Source of the DNA: an uncultured Actinomycetota bacterium
GTDB taxonomy: Bacteria; Actinomycetota; Actinomycetes; Actinomycetales; Dermatophilaceae
Assembly (NCBI GenBank): GCA_963795035.1
Contig: CAWCFZ010000003.1
Coordinates: 265,075-329,074 of the forward strand
Direction of reading: 5' to 3'
DNA: 64,000 bases
Positions 1-8,492 of this stretch are shown piece by piece. Below the pieces are notes generated by a model. The model was not told the origin of the DNA and did no database searches. It saw only the letters and a list, made by a program, of their open reading frames with translations. Numbering within the stretch: position 1 is the first letter of the stretch; each line of letters opens with the position of its first letter. The translations under genes and the position numbers were made by a program.

Positions 1-1
1 C

Positions 2-1444
2 GACGCCGTGTGGTTCAGCCCGCTGTTCGCCTCGCCGTTCGCCGACGCCGGCTATGACGTCAGCGACTACCTCAGGGTGGCCCCGCGCTACGGGACGAAC
101 GACGACCTCGTGGCCTTCGTCGACGCCGCGCGCAGCCGGGGCATCCGGGTCCTGCTCGACCTCGTCGCGGGGCACACGAGCGACCAGCACCCCTGGTTCC
201 GGGAGTGGGCCGAGGACCCCGCCGACAGCCGGTACGTCTGGAACGAGCGGGTCGGGTCGCCCGCAGGGGTCTGGTGCCCGGTGCCCGGGTCGCGCGGCGG
301 CTACTACCTGCTGAACTTCTACCCGTGCCAGCCCGCGCTCAACTTCGGGTACGCCCGGCAGGACCCCGACCAGCCGTGGCGGGACCCGGTCGACGCGCCG
401 GGGCCTCGGGCCAACCGGCAGGCGCTCAAGGACGTCATGGCCCACTGGTTCGACCTCGGGATCAGCGGCTTCCGCGTCGACATGGCGGCCTCGCTCGTCA
501 AGGACGACCCCGGGCAGGTGGAGACCGGTCGGCTGTGGACCGACGTGCGCCAGTGGCTGGACGCGACCCACCCCGACGCCGCCCTGCTGGCCGAGTGGGG
601 CGAGCCCGCGGTGTCCGTGCCCGCCGGGTTCCACGCCGACTTCTTCCTCCAGTTCAGCAACCCGGCGCTGCGGTCGTTGTGGCACACCGGGGTCGGCACC
701 CACGACCCGAGTTGGAGCGAGCCCGGCCCGTCCTTCTTCGATGCCGAGGGCGGCGGCGGCATCGACGTGTTCCTGCGCGAGTGGCGTCGCGCGACCGACG
801 CGATCGGGGTCGGGGGCGGGCACGTCGCCCTCCCGACGGCCAACCACGACTACGCCCGCCTCGTCACCGGACCCCGCTCGGCCGAGCAGGCGCGCGGGGC
901 GTTCGCCTTCCTCATGACCTGGCCGTCGCTGCCGACGATCTACTACGGCGACGAGATCGGGATGCGCTACCTCGAGGACCTGCCCGACAAGGAGGGCAGC
1001 GTCCTGTCCCCGCTCAACAACCGCACCGGGTCGCGCACCCCGATGCAGTGGGAGCCGGGTCCGGGTGCGGGGTTCTCCACGGCGCCGGCCGAGCGCTTCT
1101 ACCTGCCGGTCGACCCGTCGGTCGACCGCCCCGACGTCTCGACGCAGCGGGCCGACGAGGCGTCGCTGCTGCACCTGGTGCGGCGGCTCGTCGCGCTGCG
1201 GCACGCGACGCCCGCGCTCGGGCCCGACGGCAGCCTCGAGGTGCTCACCGAGGACTACCCCTTCGCCTACGTGCGCGGCGGCACCCACCTCGTCGTCGTC
1301 AACCCGCGGCGCGAGCCGGCGTCGCTCGACCTCCCCGCGGGATGGGACGACGCCACCGCGCTCGAGGTCGAGGGCGTGCGGCTGTCCGCCGACCGGGTGG
1401 AGGTCGAGGGCTTCGGGTTCGCGATCCTCGCCCGGACCGGCTGA
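2..1444 (+). CDS. Glycoside hydrolase family 13 (alpha-amylase superfamily; alpha-glucosidase/trehalose-synthase-like), 5' end cut by window edge
   Basis: ORF 8..1444 stays open to the window start. GH13 blocks visible: DLVAGHTSDQHPWF, GFRVDMAA, LLAEWGE, TANHDYAR. Confidence 0.85.
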   Translation, partial: DAVWFSPLFASPFADAGYDVSDYLRVAPRYGTNDDLVAFVDAARSRGIRVLLDLVAGHTSDQHPWFREWAEDPADSRYVWNERVGSPAGVWCPVPGSRGGYYLLNFYPCQPALNFGYARQDPDQPWRDPVDAPGPRANRQALKDVMAHWFDLGISGFRVDMAASLVKDDPGQVETGRLWTDVRQWLDATHPDAALLAEWGEPAVSVPAGFHADFFLQFSNPALRSLWHTGVGTHDPSWSEPGPSFFDAEGGGGIDVFLREWRRATDAIGVGGGHVALPTANHDYARLVTGPRSAEQARGAFAFLMTWPSLPTIYYGDEIGMRYLEDLPDKEGSVLSPLNNRTGSRTPMQWEPGPGAGFSTAPAERFYLPVDPSVDRPDVSTQRADEASLLHLVRRLVALRHATPALGPDGSLEVLTEDYPFAYVRGGTHLVVVNPRREPASLDLPAGWDDATALEVEGVRLSADRVEVEGFGFAILARTG

Positions 1445-1503
1445 GGGGCACCCGTCCCGCCCGGGGCCCCGGGTCCGGCCCCGGCCGCGCGAAGCAGCAC
1501 GGC

Positions 1504-3462
1504 TCAGGGGCGCGGAAGCTCCTGGAGGGTCACCGGGTTGCCCGTGCGCCGCTCGGACAGCTCGGCGAGGGCGGACCGGACCGTCGCGGCGTAGAGGTGC
1601 GAGCCGGTGAGGCTGGGGTGGATGCCGTCGGGCTGGAGCTGGCCGCTCGTTCCCTCCAGCGCGGCGTCCCAGTCGGCGAGGACGACGTTGTCGCGACCCC
1701 TCGCGAGCTCGCGCAACGCGGCGTTGTCGGCCGCGATCCGGCTGAACGGTCCGTGCAGGGTGACCAGGACGACCATCCGGTCGGGGCCGAGGGCGTCGAG
1801 CGTGCGCCGGACCTGGTCCTCGTCGGTGCCGGCGTTCGTGCCGAACCCGAGGACGACCGCGCGGCGCAGCGTGTCGGCACGGCCGGCGACGAGTCCCGGG
1901 GCGGCGGACCAGCGGCGGTTGCTCTTCGCGTCCATCCGGACCCTGGGCAGGTAGTAGCGCAGGGCGTGGCTGGCCCCGACGACCATCGAGTCGCCGAGGA
2001 TGTCGACCTCGCGCCCGGTCGGCATCGACCAGTCCTGCGTGACGGCAGCGGCGGCGGCGGTCGTCGCCGGGGAGGTGCTGGCCGCGGCGGTGCTGGTCGC
2101 GGTGGTGCCGGGGGCGGGTCCGGTGGTGTCGGGGGCGGACCCGGTGAGGCTCGCCTCGTTGGCCCGGATCAGCTCCTCGGTCGAGGTGCGCTCGGGGGCG
2201 GTGGCCAGGACGACGACGGTGGCCACGGTGACGAGCGCCACGGCACCCCAGACGACGCGCGCCCCGCGGGTGCCGAGCGCGCGCAGCCTGCCCAGGCCCT
2301 CGCGGGCCGCGCCGCCGAAGCCGTGGCGCCGGACGGGGAGCTCGACGACGCGGTAGGAGAGGTCGGCGACGGCGAGGGTGACGGCCAGGGCCCACACCCG
2401 GGTGAGGACGTAGGCCGTGCTCCCGCGGGCCTCGGGCAGGTCCTGGGCCACGACGAGGACGACCGGCCAGTGCCACAGGTAGATCCCGTAGCTGCGGGCA
2501 CCCACCCAGCGAACCACGGGCAGCTCGAGGACGGACCGCAGCCGTCCGGGCCGCTCGACGACGACGAGGAGCAGTGCGGCGGTCGCGGCCGAGGCCAGGA
2601 GGATGCCGCCGCGGAAGGTCCAGGCGGACGTCTCGGACGCGGTCGCGAGGAGCAGGCCGAGCACGGTGAGGGCCGTGCCCGCGACGGTGCGCCGGTGGCG
2701 GTCCCACCAGGGCCGCGTGGTCCACGCCCGGTGCGGGGCGGCCCACGCGAAGGCGAGCGCGGCGCCGAGCATCAGGCCGGCCAGGTGCGTGTCGGTGCCG
2801 AAGTAGACCCGGGTGGGCGAGTCGGGGTCGAGCCGCACGCCCATGAGGACGGCCGACGCGAGGGCGGCGCCGGCGGCCACGGCGGCGCGGGCCGCCGGGG
2901 CGCGCACGACGGTGACGAGGGCGAGGAGCGCCAGCGGCCACAGGAGGTAGAACTGCTCCTCCACCGCGAGCGACCAGAGGTTCATGAACAGCTGGGGCGA
3001 GGTCGCCGCGAAGTAGTCGGACCCGGCGGCCACCTCGAGCCAGTTCGAGGTGAAGGTCAGCGCCCCGAGGACCTGCCGCTCCGCGCCGACGAGGAGGTCG
3101 CCCTCGCTGAGCCGGGCCAGCAGGACGCCGGAGGGGAGCAGCACGAGCAGTGCCGGAAGGAGGCGGCGGGCGCGGCGGGTCCAGAACGCGGGGAGGTCGA
3201 GGCGACCGGTCGCGGCGCGCTCGCGGACCAGCAGGGTGGTGATGAGGAAGCCCGAGACGACGAAGAAGACATCGACGCCGAGGAACCCGCCCGGCAGCCA
3301 GGCGGCGTCGAGGTGGAAGAGCACGACCGCGGCGATGGCCAGGGCCCGCAGCCCGTCGAGGCCGGCGATGCGGCGGCCGGCCGGTGGCGGTGCGGCGCCG
3401 GGGGAGGCCCCGGGCAGGGGGTCGCGGACCGCGCGGGTCCGCTGAGCCTGCGTGGTGCTCAT
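1504..3462 (-). CDS. Membrane acyltransferase family 3 (OafA/YrhL-like) with C-terminal SGNH/GDSL hydrolase domain
   Basis: ORF 1504..3648(-). Start moved to the internal ATG at 3462 (MSTTQAQR) because the first 62 codons run through intergenic hairpin repeats. Multi-TM N-terminal body; SGNH blocks GDSM, GTNAG, DGIHPS in the C-terminal part. Confidence 0.8.
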   Translation of the reverse strand: MSTTQAQRTRAVRDPLPGASPGAAPPPAGRRIAGLDGLRALAIAAVVLFHLDAAWLPGGFLGVDVFFVVSGFLITTLLVRERAATGRLDLPAFWTRRARRLLPALLVLLPSGVLLARLSEGDLLVGAERQVLGALTFTSNWLEVAAGSDYFAATSPQLFMNLWSLAVEEQFYLLWPLALLALVTVVRAPAARAAVAAGAALASAVLMGVRLDPDSPTRVYFGTDTHLAGLMLGAALAFAWAAPHRAWTTRPWWDRHRRTVAGTALTVLGLLLATASETSAWTFRGGILLASAATAALLLVVVERPGRLRSVLELPVVRWVGARSYGIYLWHWPVVLVVAQDLPEARGSTAYVLTRVWALAVTLAVADLSYRVVELPVRRHGFGGAAREGLGRLRALGTRGARVVWGAVALVTVATVVVLATAPERTSTEELIRANEASLTGSAPDTTGPAPGTTATSTAAASTSPATTAAAAAVTQDWSMPTGREVDILGDSMVVGASHALRYYLPRVRMDAKSNRRWSAAPGLVAGRADTLRRAVVLGFGTNAGTDEDQVRRTLDALGPDRMVVLVTLHGPFSRIAADNAALRELARGRDNVVLADWDAALEGTSGQLQPDGIHPSLTGSHLYAATVRSALAELSERRTGNPVTLQELPRP

Positions 3463-3528
3463 GGGGTCACGGTAGGGGCCTGTGGTGACACCGTGACGCA
3501 GGCGCGCTCGTGGGACCGCGTCCCCTCC

Positions 3529-3784
3529 GGTTCGAGGGTGCGCCGGTGTGGCGCACCGGCCGAGTACCTCGAACCACCCGGGAGGAGCGCACGCCATCGT
3601 GCACCGCGGTTCGAGGTGAAACCCGACTGCCAGAAGGTCGCCTTTCACCTCGACCCCGCCATGCCGCCGCTGGTTCGAGGTGAAACCCGACTGCCAGAAG
3701 GTCGCCTTTCACCTCGACCCCGCAACCCTCCGCCGGGTCGAGGCAGTGCAGCAGGGCGAAGTGCCGGGCCGAATACCTCGAACC
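3529..3784. repeat. Four intergenic hairpin units. A is 3529-3575, B 3608-3655, C 3672-3719, D 3736-3784. All have GGT(T)CGAGG...CCTCGA(A)CC outer stems. B and C are near-identical and 64 bp apart; A and D share the tail CCG(G)GCCGAnTACCTCGAACCAC.
   Basis: Read directly. B/C are GGTTCGAGGTGAAACCCGACTGCCAGAAGGTCGCCTTTCACCTCGACC. The reverse complement of B matches the 23077-23316 unit at about 42 of 49 positions. Confidence 0.85.
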
Positions 3785-3803
3785 ACGGGGGTGGGGGCAG
3801 GGG

Positions 3804-3823
3804 GTTCCTAGGATCGGGGGATG
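3804..3823 (+). promoter_or_regulatory. Orphan duplicate of the acyP promoter/start module (GTTCCTAGGATCGGGG-G-ATG; -10 TAGGAT 3809-3814, ATG 3821)
   Basis: 16-nt identity with 4014-4029 and the same 6-nt spacing from the -10 hexamer to an ATG. Confidence 0.4.
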
Positions 3824-3920
3824 GCGCAGGACGGGGGATGGCGAGGACGGGGGATGGCGCAGGACGGGGGTGGCGAGGACGGGGGTGGCGAGGACGGGGG
3901 TGGCGAGGACGGGGGTGGCG
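3816..3920 (+). repeat. G-rich minisatellite, seven 15-17 bp units GGGGG(A)TGGCG(C)AGGAC
   Basis: Units read at 3816, 3833, 3849, 3866, 3881, 3896 and 3911. Flanked by further G-runs at 3787-3806 and 3935-3951. Confidence 0.9.
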
Positions 3921-3950
3921 AATACCACAGTGCGGTGGGTGGGGGTGGGG

Positions 3951-3990
3951 GGCTTCGGGCTGCTGCGCTGGAGGTCAGCAGCCCGAAGCC
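3951..3990. other. Perfect 15-bp stem / 10-nt loop hairpin (GGCTTCGGGCTGCTG-CGCTGGAGGT-CAGCAGCCCGAAGCC)
   Basis: The inverted repeat was read directly. It has no T-tract, so a terminator role is only a possibility. Confidence 0.6.
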
Positions 3991-4013
3991 GCCGCACCGA
4001 CCGGTGCTCCGGT

Positions 4014-4033
4014 GTTCCTAGGATCGGGGCATG
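4014..4033 (+). promoter_or_regulatory. Putative leaderless promoter of acyP (-10 TAGGAT 4019-4024, ATG 4031)
   Basis: A TANNNT-type -10 hexamer lies 6 nt before the start codon with no Shine-Dalgarno sequence. This geometry is typical of actinobacterial leaderless mRNAs. Confidence 0.5.
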
Positions 4034-4342
4034 GCTGAGGACCCGATCGCTGCAGGCGAGGTGCAACGAGTGGCGGTCTTCGTGCGGGGGACGGTGCAGG
4101 GGGTCGGGTTCCGCTGGTGGACCCGGGCCCGCGCCCTCGAGCTCGGCCTGGCCGGGTTCGCGCGCAACACCGCCGACGGTCGCGTCGAGGTCGTGGCCGA
4201 GGGCCCCGAGGACGCGCTGAGCCGCCTCCTCGACCTCCTGGCCGAGCAGCCGTCCACGAGGCACCGCCCCGGCCGGGTCGGCACGGTCTCCACTCCCGCG
4301 TGGGGCCCGCCCCGCGGGGAGCAGGGCTTTCGCGAGCGCTGA
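4031..4342 (+). CDS. acyP: Acylphosphatase
   Basis: 103 aa. Acylphosphatase signature VFVRGTVQGVGFRWWT and a second block GFARNTADGRVEVVAEG. Confidence 0.9.
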   Translation: MAEDPIAAGEVQRVAVFVRGTVQGVGFRWWTRARALELGLAGFARNTADGRVEVVAEGPEDALSRLLDLLAEQPSTRHRPGRVGTVSTPAWGPPRGEQGFRER

Positions 4343-4409
4343 CCCGGCGGCCACCGCGCACGAGGGGCGGGGACCGGGTCGTGGACGGTGGGCGACCCCG
4401 GCCGGGCGG

Positions 4410-4429
4410 GTTCCTACGATGGGCGGGTG
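4410..4429 (+). promoter_or_regulatory. Putative leaderless promoter of the chorismate mutase gene (-10 TACGAT 4415-4420, GTG 4427)
   Basis: Same GTTCCTAsGAT core and 6-nt spacing to an in-frame GTG as the acyP module. Confidence 0.4.
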
Positions 4430-4729
4430 AGCGACCTCCCTCCCGAGCTGGCGCGACTGCGCTCGAGCATCGACAACATCGACGCGGCGCTCGTCCACCT
4501 GCTCGCCGAGCGCTTCAAGTGCACCCAGGCCGTGGGTGAGCTCAAGGCAGCGGCCGGCCTGCCGCCGGCGGACCCCGGGCGCGAGGAGCAGCAGGTCACC
4601 CGGCTGCGCGCGCTCGCCCACGAGGCGGGCCTGGACCCCCAGTTCGCCGAGGCGTTCCTCGCCTTCATCATCGCCGAGGTCATCCAGCACCACGAGCACC
4701 TGGCCGGCTCCGAGACCGACGCCGACTGA
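4427..4729 (+). CDS. Chorismate mutase (AroQ class)
   Basis: ORF 4388..4729. Translation LARLRSSIDNIDAALVHLLAERFKCTQAVGELK is typical of AroQ helical-bundle mutases. The start is uncertain: GTG 4388 or GTG 4427. Confidence 0.8.
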   Translation: MSDLPPELARLRSSIDNIDAALVHLLAERFKCTQAVGELKAAAGLPPADPGREEQQVTRLRALAHEAGLDPQFAEAFLAFIIAEVIQHHEHLAGSETDAD

Positions 4730-4758
4730 CCCCCCGCTCCCGCCCCCTTCCCCGGGAG

Positions 4759-4805
4759 GTCACAGAGGTCACAGAGGCACAGGGGACACAGGGGTCACAG
4801 GCATC
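4759..4805 (+). repeat. Five phased 8-9 nt repeats (A/G)GGTCACAG upstream of smc
   Basis: CACAG cores at 4761, 4770, 4778, 4787 and 4796. A possible -10 TAGAGT follows at 4848-4853. Confidence 0.7.
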
Positions 4806-4913
4806 ACCGAGGGTCGGCGACGTCCCGACACCCCGCGAGGGCGCCGGTAGAGTCGCCCCGACCCGGCCCGCCCGGGGGGAACCACCGCACCGACGAGAGC
4901 TGACGACCTCCGC

Positions 4914-7900
4914 ATGTACCTCAAGACGCTGACCCTGAAGGGCTTCAAGTCCTTCGCCTCGGCGACGACGATGCGCCTCGAGCCCGGCATCACCTGCGTC
5001 GTCGGCCCGAACGGCTCCGGCAAGTCCAACGTCGTCGACGCCCTCGCGTGGGTCATGGGGGAGCAGGGGGCCAAGTCCCTGCGCGGCGGGAAGATGGAGG
5101 ACGTCATCTTCGCCGGCACCGCGGGCCGCCCGCCGCTGGGCCGCGCGGAGGTCAGCCTCACCATCGACAACACCGACGGCGCCCTCCCGATCGACTACTC
5201 CGAGGTGACGATCACCCGCACGATGTTCCGCGGTGGCGGCTCGGAGTACGCCATCAACGGCACCTCGTGCCGGCTCCTCGACGTCCAGGAGCTCCTCTCC
5301 GACACCGGCCTGGGTCGCGAGATGCACGTCATCGTCGGCCAGGGCCAGCTCGACACCGTCCTGCGCGCGACCCCCGAGGAGCGCCGCGGCTTCATCGAGG
5401 AGGCGGCCGGCGTCCTCAAGCACCGCCGCCGCAAGGAGAAGGCGCTGCGCAAGCTCGAGACGATGGAGGCCAACCTCACCCGGGTCCACGACCTCACGGG
5501 CGAGATCCGCCGCCAGCTCGGGCCGCTCGGGCGCCAGGCCGAGGCCGCGCGCCGTGCCGCCGTCATCCAGACCGATGCCCGCGACAGCCGGCTGCGCCTC
5601 CTCGCCGACGACCTCGTCGCGCTCACGGCCGTCCTCGAGCAGGAGGTCGCCGACGAGACCGCGATCATCGAGCGCCGCACCGCCGTCGAGGACGCCCTGG
5701 CCGACGTGCGCCAGCGGCTGTCCGACGTCGAGCGCCGCACCACCGACGCCGCCCCCGAGCTGAGCCGGGCCCAGGAGCGCTTCGTGCGCCTGCAGAGCCT
5801 GCGCGACCGGATGGAGTCCACCGGCTCGGTGGCCGCCGAGCGGGTCCGGCTGCTGTCCCAGGACGAGGAGCACGAGAGCACGAGCGGGCGCGACCCCGAC
5901 GAGCTGCGCGCCCAGGCCGAGACCGCCCGCGAGGCCGAGGCCGCGCTGCTCGCCGAGGTCGCCGAGAGCGCCGAGGAGCTCACGGCCGCCGTCGCCGCCC
6001 GCGAGGAGGTCGAGCAGGCCTTCGCCGCGGAGCAGGCCCGCCTCGCCCGCCTGGCGCGCGCCGCCGCCGACCGCCGCGAGGGCCTGGCCAAGCTCGCCGG
6101 CCAGGTCGGCGCCCGCCGCAGCCGGATCGAGGCCGGGGAGTCCGAGATCGGCCGGCTCCAGGAGCTCGTCGCCGCGGCCCGCGCCCGCGCCAGCGAGGCC
6201 GAGCAGGAGTTCTCCCGCCTCGAGGGTGGCGTCGCCGTCGAGGAGGAGGGCGAGCAGGGCCTGGACCAGACCCACGAGGTCGCCGCCGCCCGGCTCGCGC
6301 AGGCGGAGGCCGAGGTCGAGCGCCTCGTCGCCGAGGAGCGTGAGGCCGAGCGGCTGCGCTCGTCGTCCGCCGCCCGGCTCGAGGCCCTCGAGCTGAGCCT
6401 GCGCCGCAAGGACGGCGCCGCCACGCTCCTCGCCGCCGGTGACGACCACGGCGTCGTCGGCACCGTCGCCTCGCTGCTGCACGTCACCGGCGGGCACGAG
6501 GCCGCGGTCGCCGCCGCCCTGGGCTGGGCCTCCGAGGCGCTCGCGGTCCCCAGCGCGGGCCACGCGGCGCGCGCCATCTCGAGCCTGCGCGACGACGACG
6601 GCGGCCGGGCGGCCCTCCTCGTCGGCGACACGGCCACCCCGAGCGACCCGTCGGCCTGGCCCGCCCTCGACGGCTCGGCGGTCTGGGCCCGCGACGTCGT
6701 CAGCGCGCCCGACGACGTGCGGCCCGCGGTCGAGCAGCTCCTCGACCGGGTCGCCCTCGTCCCGACCGCCGCCCACGCGCTGGCGCTCGTCGCCCGCCGC
6801 GAGGGCGTCACCGCGGTGACCGCCGACGGCGACGTCTTCGGCCCCGGCTGGGCTCGCGGCGGCAGCAGCGCCGGCGAGAGCCTGCTCGAGGTCCAGGCCG
6901 CCGTCGCCGAGACCCGCACGACCCTCGAGGCCGCGACGAGCCGCGCCGAGCGAGCGCGCTTCTCCCTCGCCGCCGCCCGTGACGAGGCGCGCGTGGCCGC
7001 GACCGACGTGGAGGCCTCGCTCGAGGCGCTGCACGAGTCCGACGCCCGGATGGCCGCCGTCGCCGAGCGCCTCGGCGGCCTCGGCGCCTCGGTGCGCACC
7101 GCGTCCGCGGAGGCCGACCGCACCGAGCGGGCCATCGCCGACGCGCGGGTCGCGCTCGAGACCGACCGCACCGAGCTCGAGGCGCTCGAGGCCCGTCTCG
7201 AGCAGGCCCAGGCCGAGCCGACCGAGGACACCGAGGAGCCCGGCACCGACGAGCGCGACCGCCTCGAGCTCGCCGCGAGCCGGGCCCGCACCGCCGAGAC
7301 CGAGCTGCGCCTCACCCTGCGGACCCGCGAGGAGCGGGCGCGCGCCCTCAAGGGCCGCGCCGACTCCCTCGAGGGAGCGGCCCGCAACGAGCTCGCCGCC
7401 CGCGAGCGGCTGCGCGAGCGTCGCGAGCGCCGCCGCCGGGAGGCCACCGTCGCCGAGGCCGTGCGCGCCGCCGCCGCCTACGCCGTCGAGCGGGTCGCCG
7501 CGGCCCTCGCCGTCGCCACGCACCTGCGCGACGCCGCCGAGGTCGAGCGCGCCGACCGCGACCGCGAGGCCTCGGTCCTGCGCCAGGAGCTGACCCGGGT
7601 CCAGGACGAGCTGCGCGACCTCACCGACAGCGCCCACCGCGACGAGATGGCCCGCGCCCGGCAGGTCGCCCGCATCGAGGCGCTGCACGCCAGGGCGGTC
7701 GAGGAGCTCGGCATCGACCCCGAGGTCCTCGTCGAGGAGTTCGGCCCGCACCGCGAGGTCCCGCACGTCGCGGGCCCCGGTGAGGACCCCGCCGACGCCC
7801 CGGGCCCGACCCCGTACGTCCGCGAGGAGCAGGAGAAGCGCCTGCGCAAGGCCGAGCGCGGCCTGCAGGCGCTCGGCCGGGTCAACCCGCTGGCGCTCGA

Positions 7901-8483
7901 GGAGTTCGCGGCGCTCGAGGAGCGGCACACCTTCCTCACCACCCAGCTCGAGGACCTCAAGCGCTCCAAGCGCGACCTGCTCGACATCGTCAAGGAGGTC
8001 GACGAGCGGGTCGAGCAGGTCTTCACCGAGGCCTTCCACGACACGCAGGCCCAGTTCGAGCGGGTCTTCGGCCGGCTCTTCCCCGGCGGTGAGGGACGAC
8101 TCGTCCTCACCGACCCCTCGAACATGCTGACGACCGGCATCGAGGTCGAGGCCCGCCCGCCGGGCAAGAAGGTCAAGCGGCTCAGCCTGCTCTCCGGTGG
8201 GGAGCGCTCGCTCGTCGCGGTGGCGCTGCTCGTCGCGATCTTCAAGGCGCGCCCGAGCCCGTTCTACATCATGGACGAGGTCGAGGCGGCGCTCGACGAC
8301 ACCAACCTGGGCCGCCTCATCACGCTGTTCGAGGAGCTGCGCGACTCCAGCCAGCTCATCGTCATCACCCACCAGAAGCGGACGATGGAGGTCGCCGACG
8401 CGCTCTACGGCGTCTCGATGCGCGGCGACGGCGTCACGACGGTGGTCTCCCAGCGCATCCGCGACGTCGCCGCCACCGCCTGA
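4914..8483 (+). CDS. smc: Chromosome segregation protein SMC
   Basis: 1189 aa. Walker A GPNGSGKSN, long coiled-coil middle, signature LSGGERSLVAVALL, Walker B FYIMDEVEAALD. Confidence 0.97.
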   Translation: MYLKTLTLKGFKSFASATTMRLEPGITCVVGPNGSGKSNVVDALAWVMGEQGAKSLRGGKMEDVIFAGTAGRPPLGRAEVSLTIDNTDGALPIDYSEVTITRTMFRGGGSEYAINGTSCRLLDVQELLSDTGLGREMHVIVGQGQLDTVLRATPEERRGFIEEAAGVLKHRRRKEKALRKLETMEANLTRVHDLTGEIRRQLGPLGRQAEAARRAAVIQTDARDSRLRLLADDLVALTAVLEQEVADETAIIERRTAVEDALADVRQRLSDVERRTTDAAPELSRAQERFVRLQSLRDRMESTGSVAAERVRLLSQDEEHESTSGRDPDELRAQAETAREAEAALLAEVAESAEELTAAVAAREEVEQAFAAEQARLARLARAAADRREGLAKLAGQVGARRSRIEAGESEIGRLQELVAAARARASEAEQEFSRLEGGVAVEEEGEQGLDQTHEVAAARLAQAEAEVERLVAEEREAERLRSSSAARLEALELSLRRKDGAATLLAAGDDHGVVGTVASLLHVTGGHEAAVAAALGWASEALAVPSAGHAARAISSLRDDDGGRAALLVGDTATPSDPSAWPALDGSAVWARDVVSAPDDVRPAVEQLLDRVALVPTAAHALALVARREGVTAVTADGDVFGPGWARGGSSAGESLLEVQAAVAETRTTLEAATSRAERARFSLAAARDEARVAATDVEASLEALHESDARMAAVAERLGGLGASVRTASAEADRTERAIADARVALETDRTELEALEARLEQAQAEPTEDTEEPGTDERDRLELAASRARTAETELRLTLRTREERARALKGRADSLEGAARNELAARERLRERRERRRREATVAEAVRAAAAYAVERVAAALAVATHLRDAAEVERADRDREASVLRQELTRVQDELRDLTDSAHRDEMARARQVARIEALHARAVEELGIDPEVLVEEFGPHREVPHVAGPGEDPADAPGPTPYVREEQEKRLRKAERGLQALGRVNPLALEEFAALEERHTFLTTQLEDLKRSKRDLLDIVKEVDERVEQVFTEAFHDTQAQFERVFGRLFPGGEGRLVLTDPSNMLTTGIEVEARPPGKKVKRLSLLSGGERSLVAVALLVAIFKARPSPFYIMDEVEAALDDTNLGRLITLFEELRDSSQLIVITHQKRTMEVADALYGVSMRGDGVTTVVSQRIRDVAATA

Positions 8484-8492
8484 CCGAACCGC

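Noticed and set aside
3821-4021. 66-aa Gly/Glu/Asp-rich ORF starting at the duplicated promoter module
   Set aside because: The sequence is almost entirely minisatellite plus hairpin, and its stop falls inside the acyP -10 box. It is kept only as a possibility under the repeat-region finding, not called as a gene.
205-4038. 1277-aa plus-strand ORF spanning the GH13 gene, the acyltransferase gene (antisense) and the repeat region
   Set aside because: Arg/Gly/Pro/Ala-rich nonsense typical of an out-of-frame or antisense reading in very GC-rich DNA. It overlaps two genes with clear family motifs.
4680-8372. 1230-aa minus-strand ORF antisense to smc
   Set aside because: Low-complexity Leu/Gly/Arg/Asp composition and no motifs. 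smc on the plus strand has Walker A/B and signature motifs.
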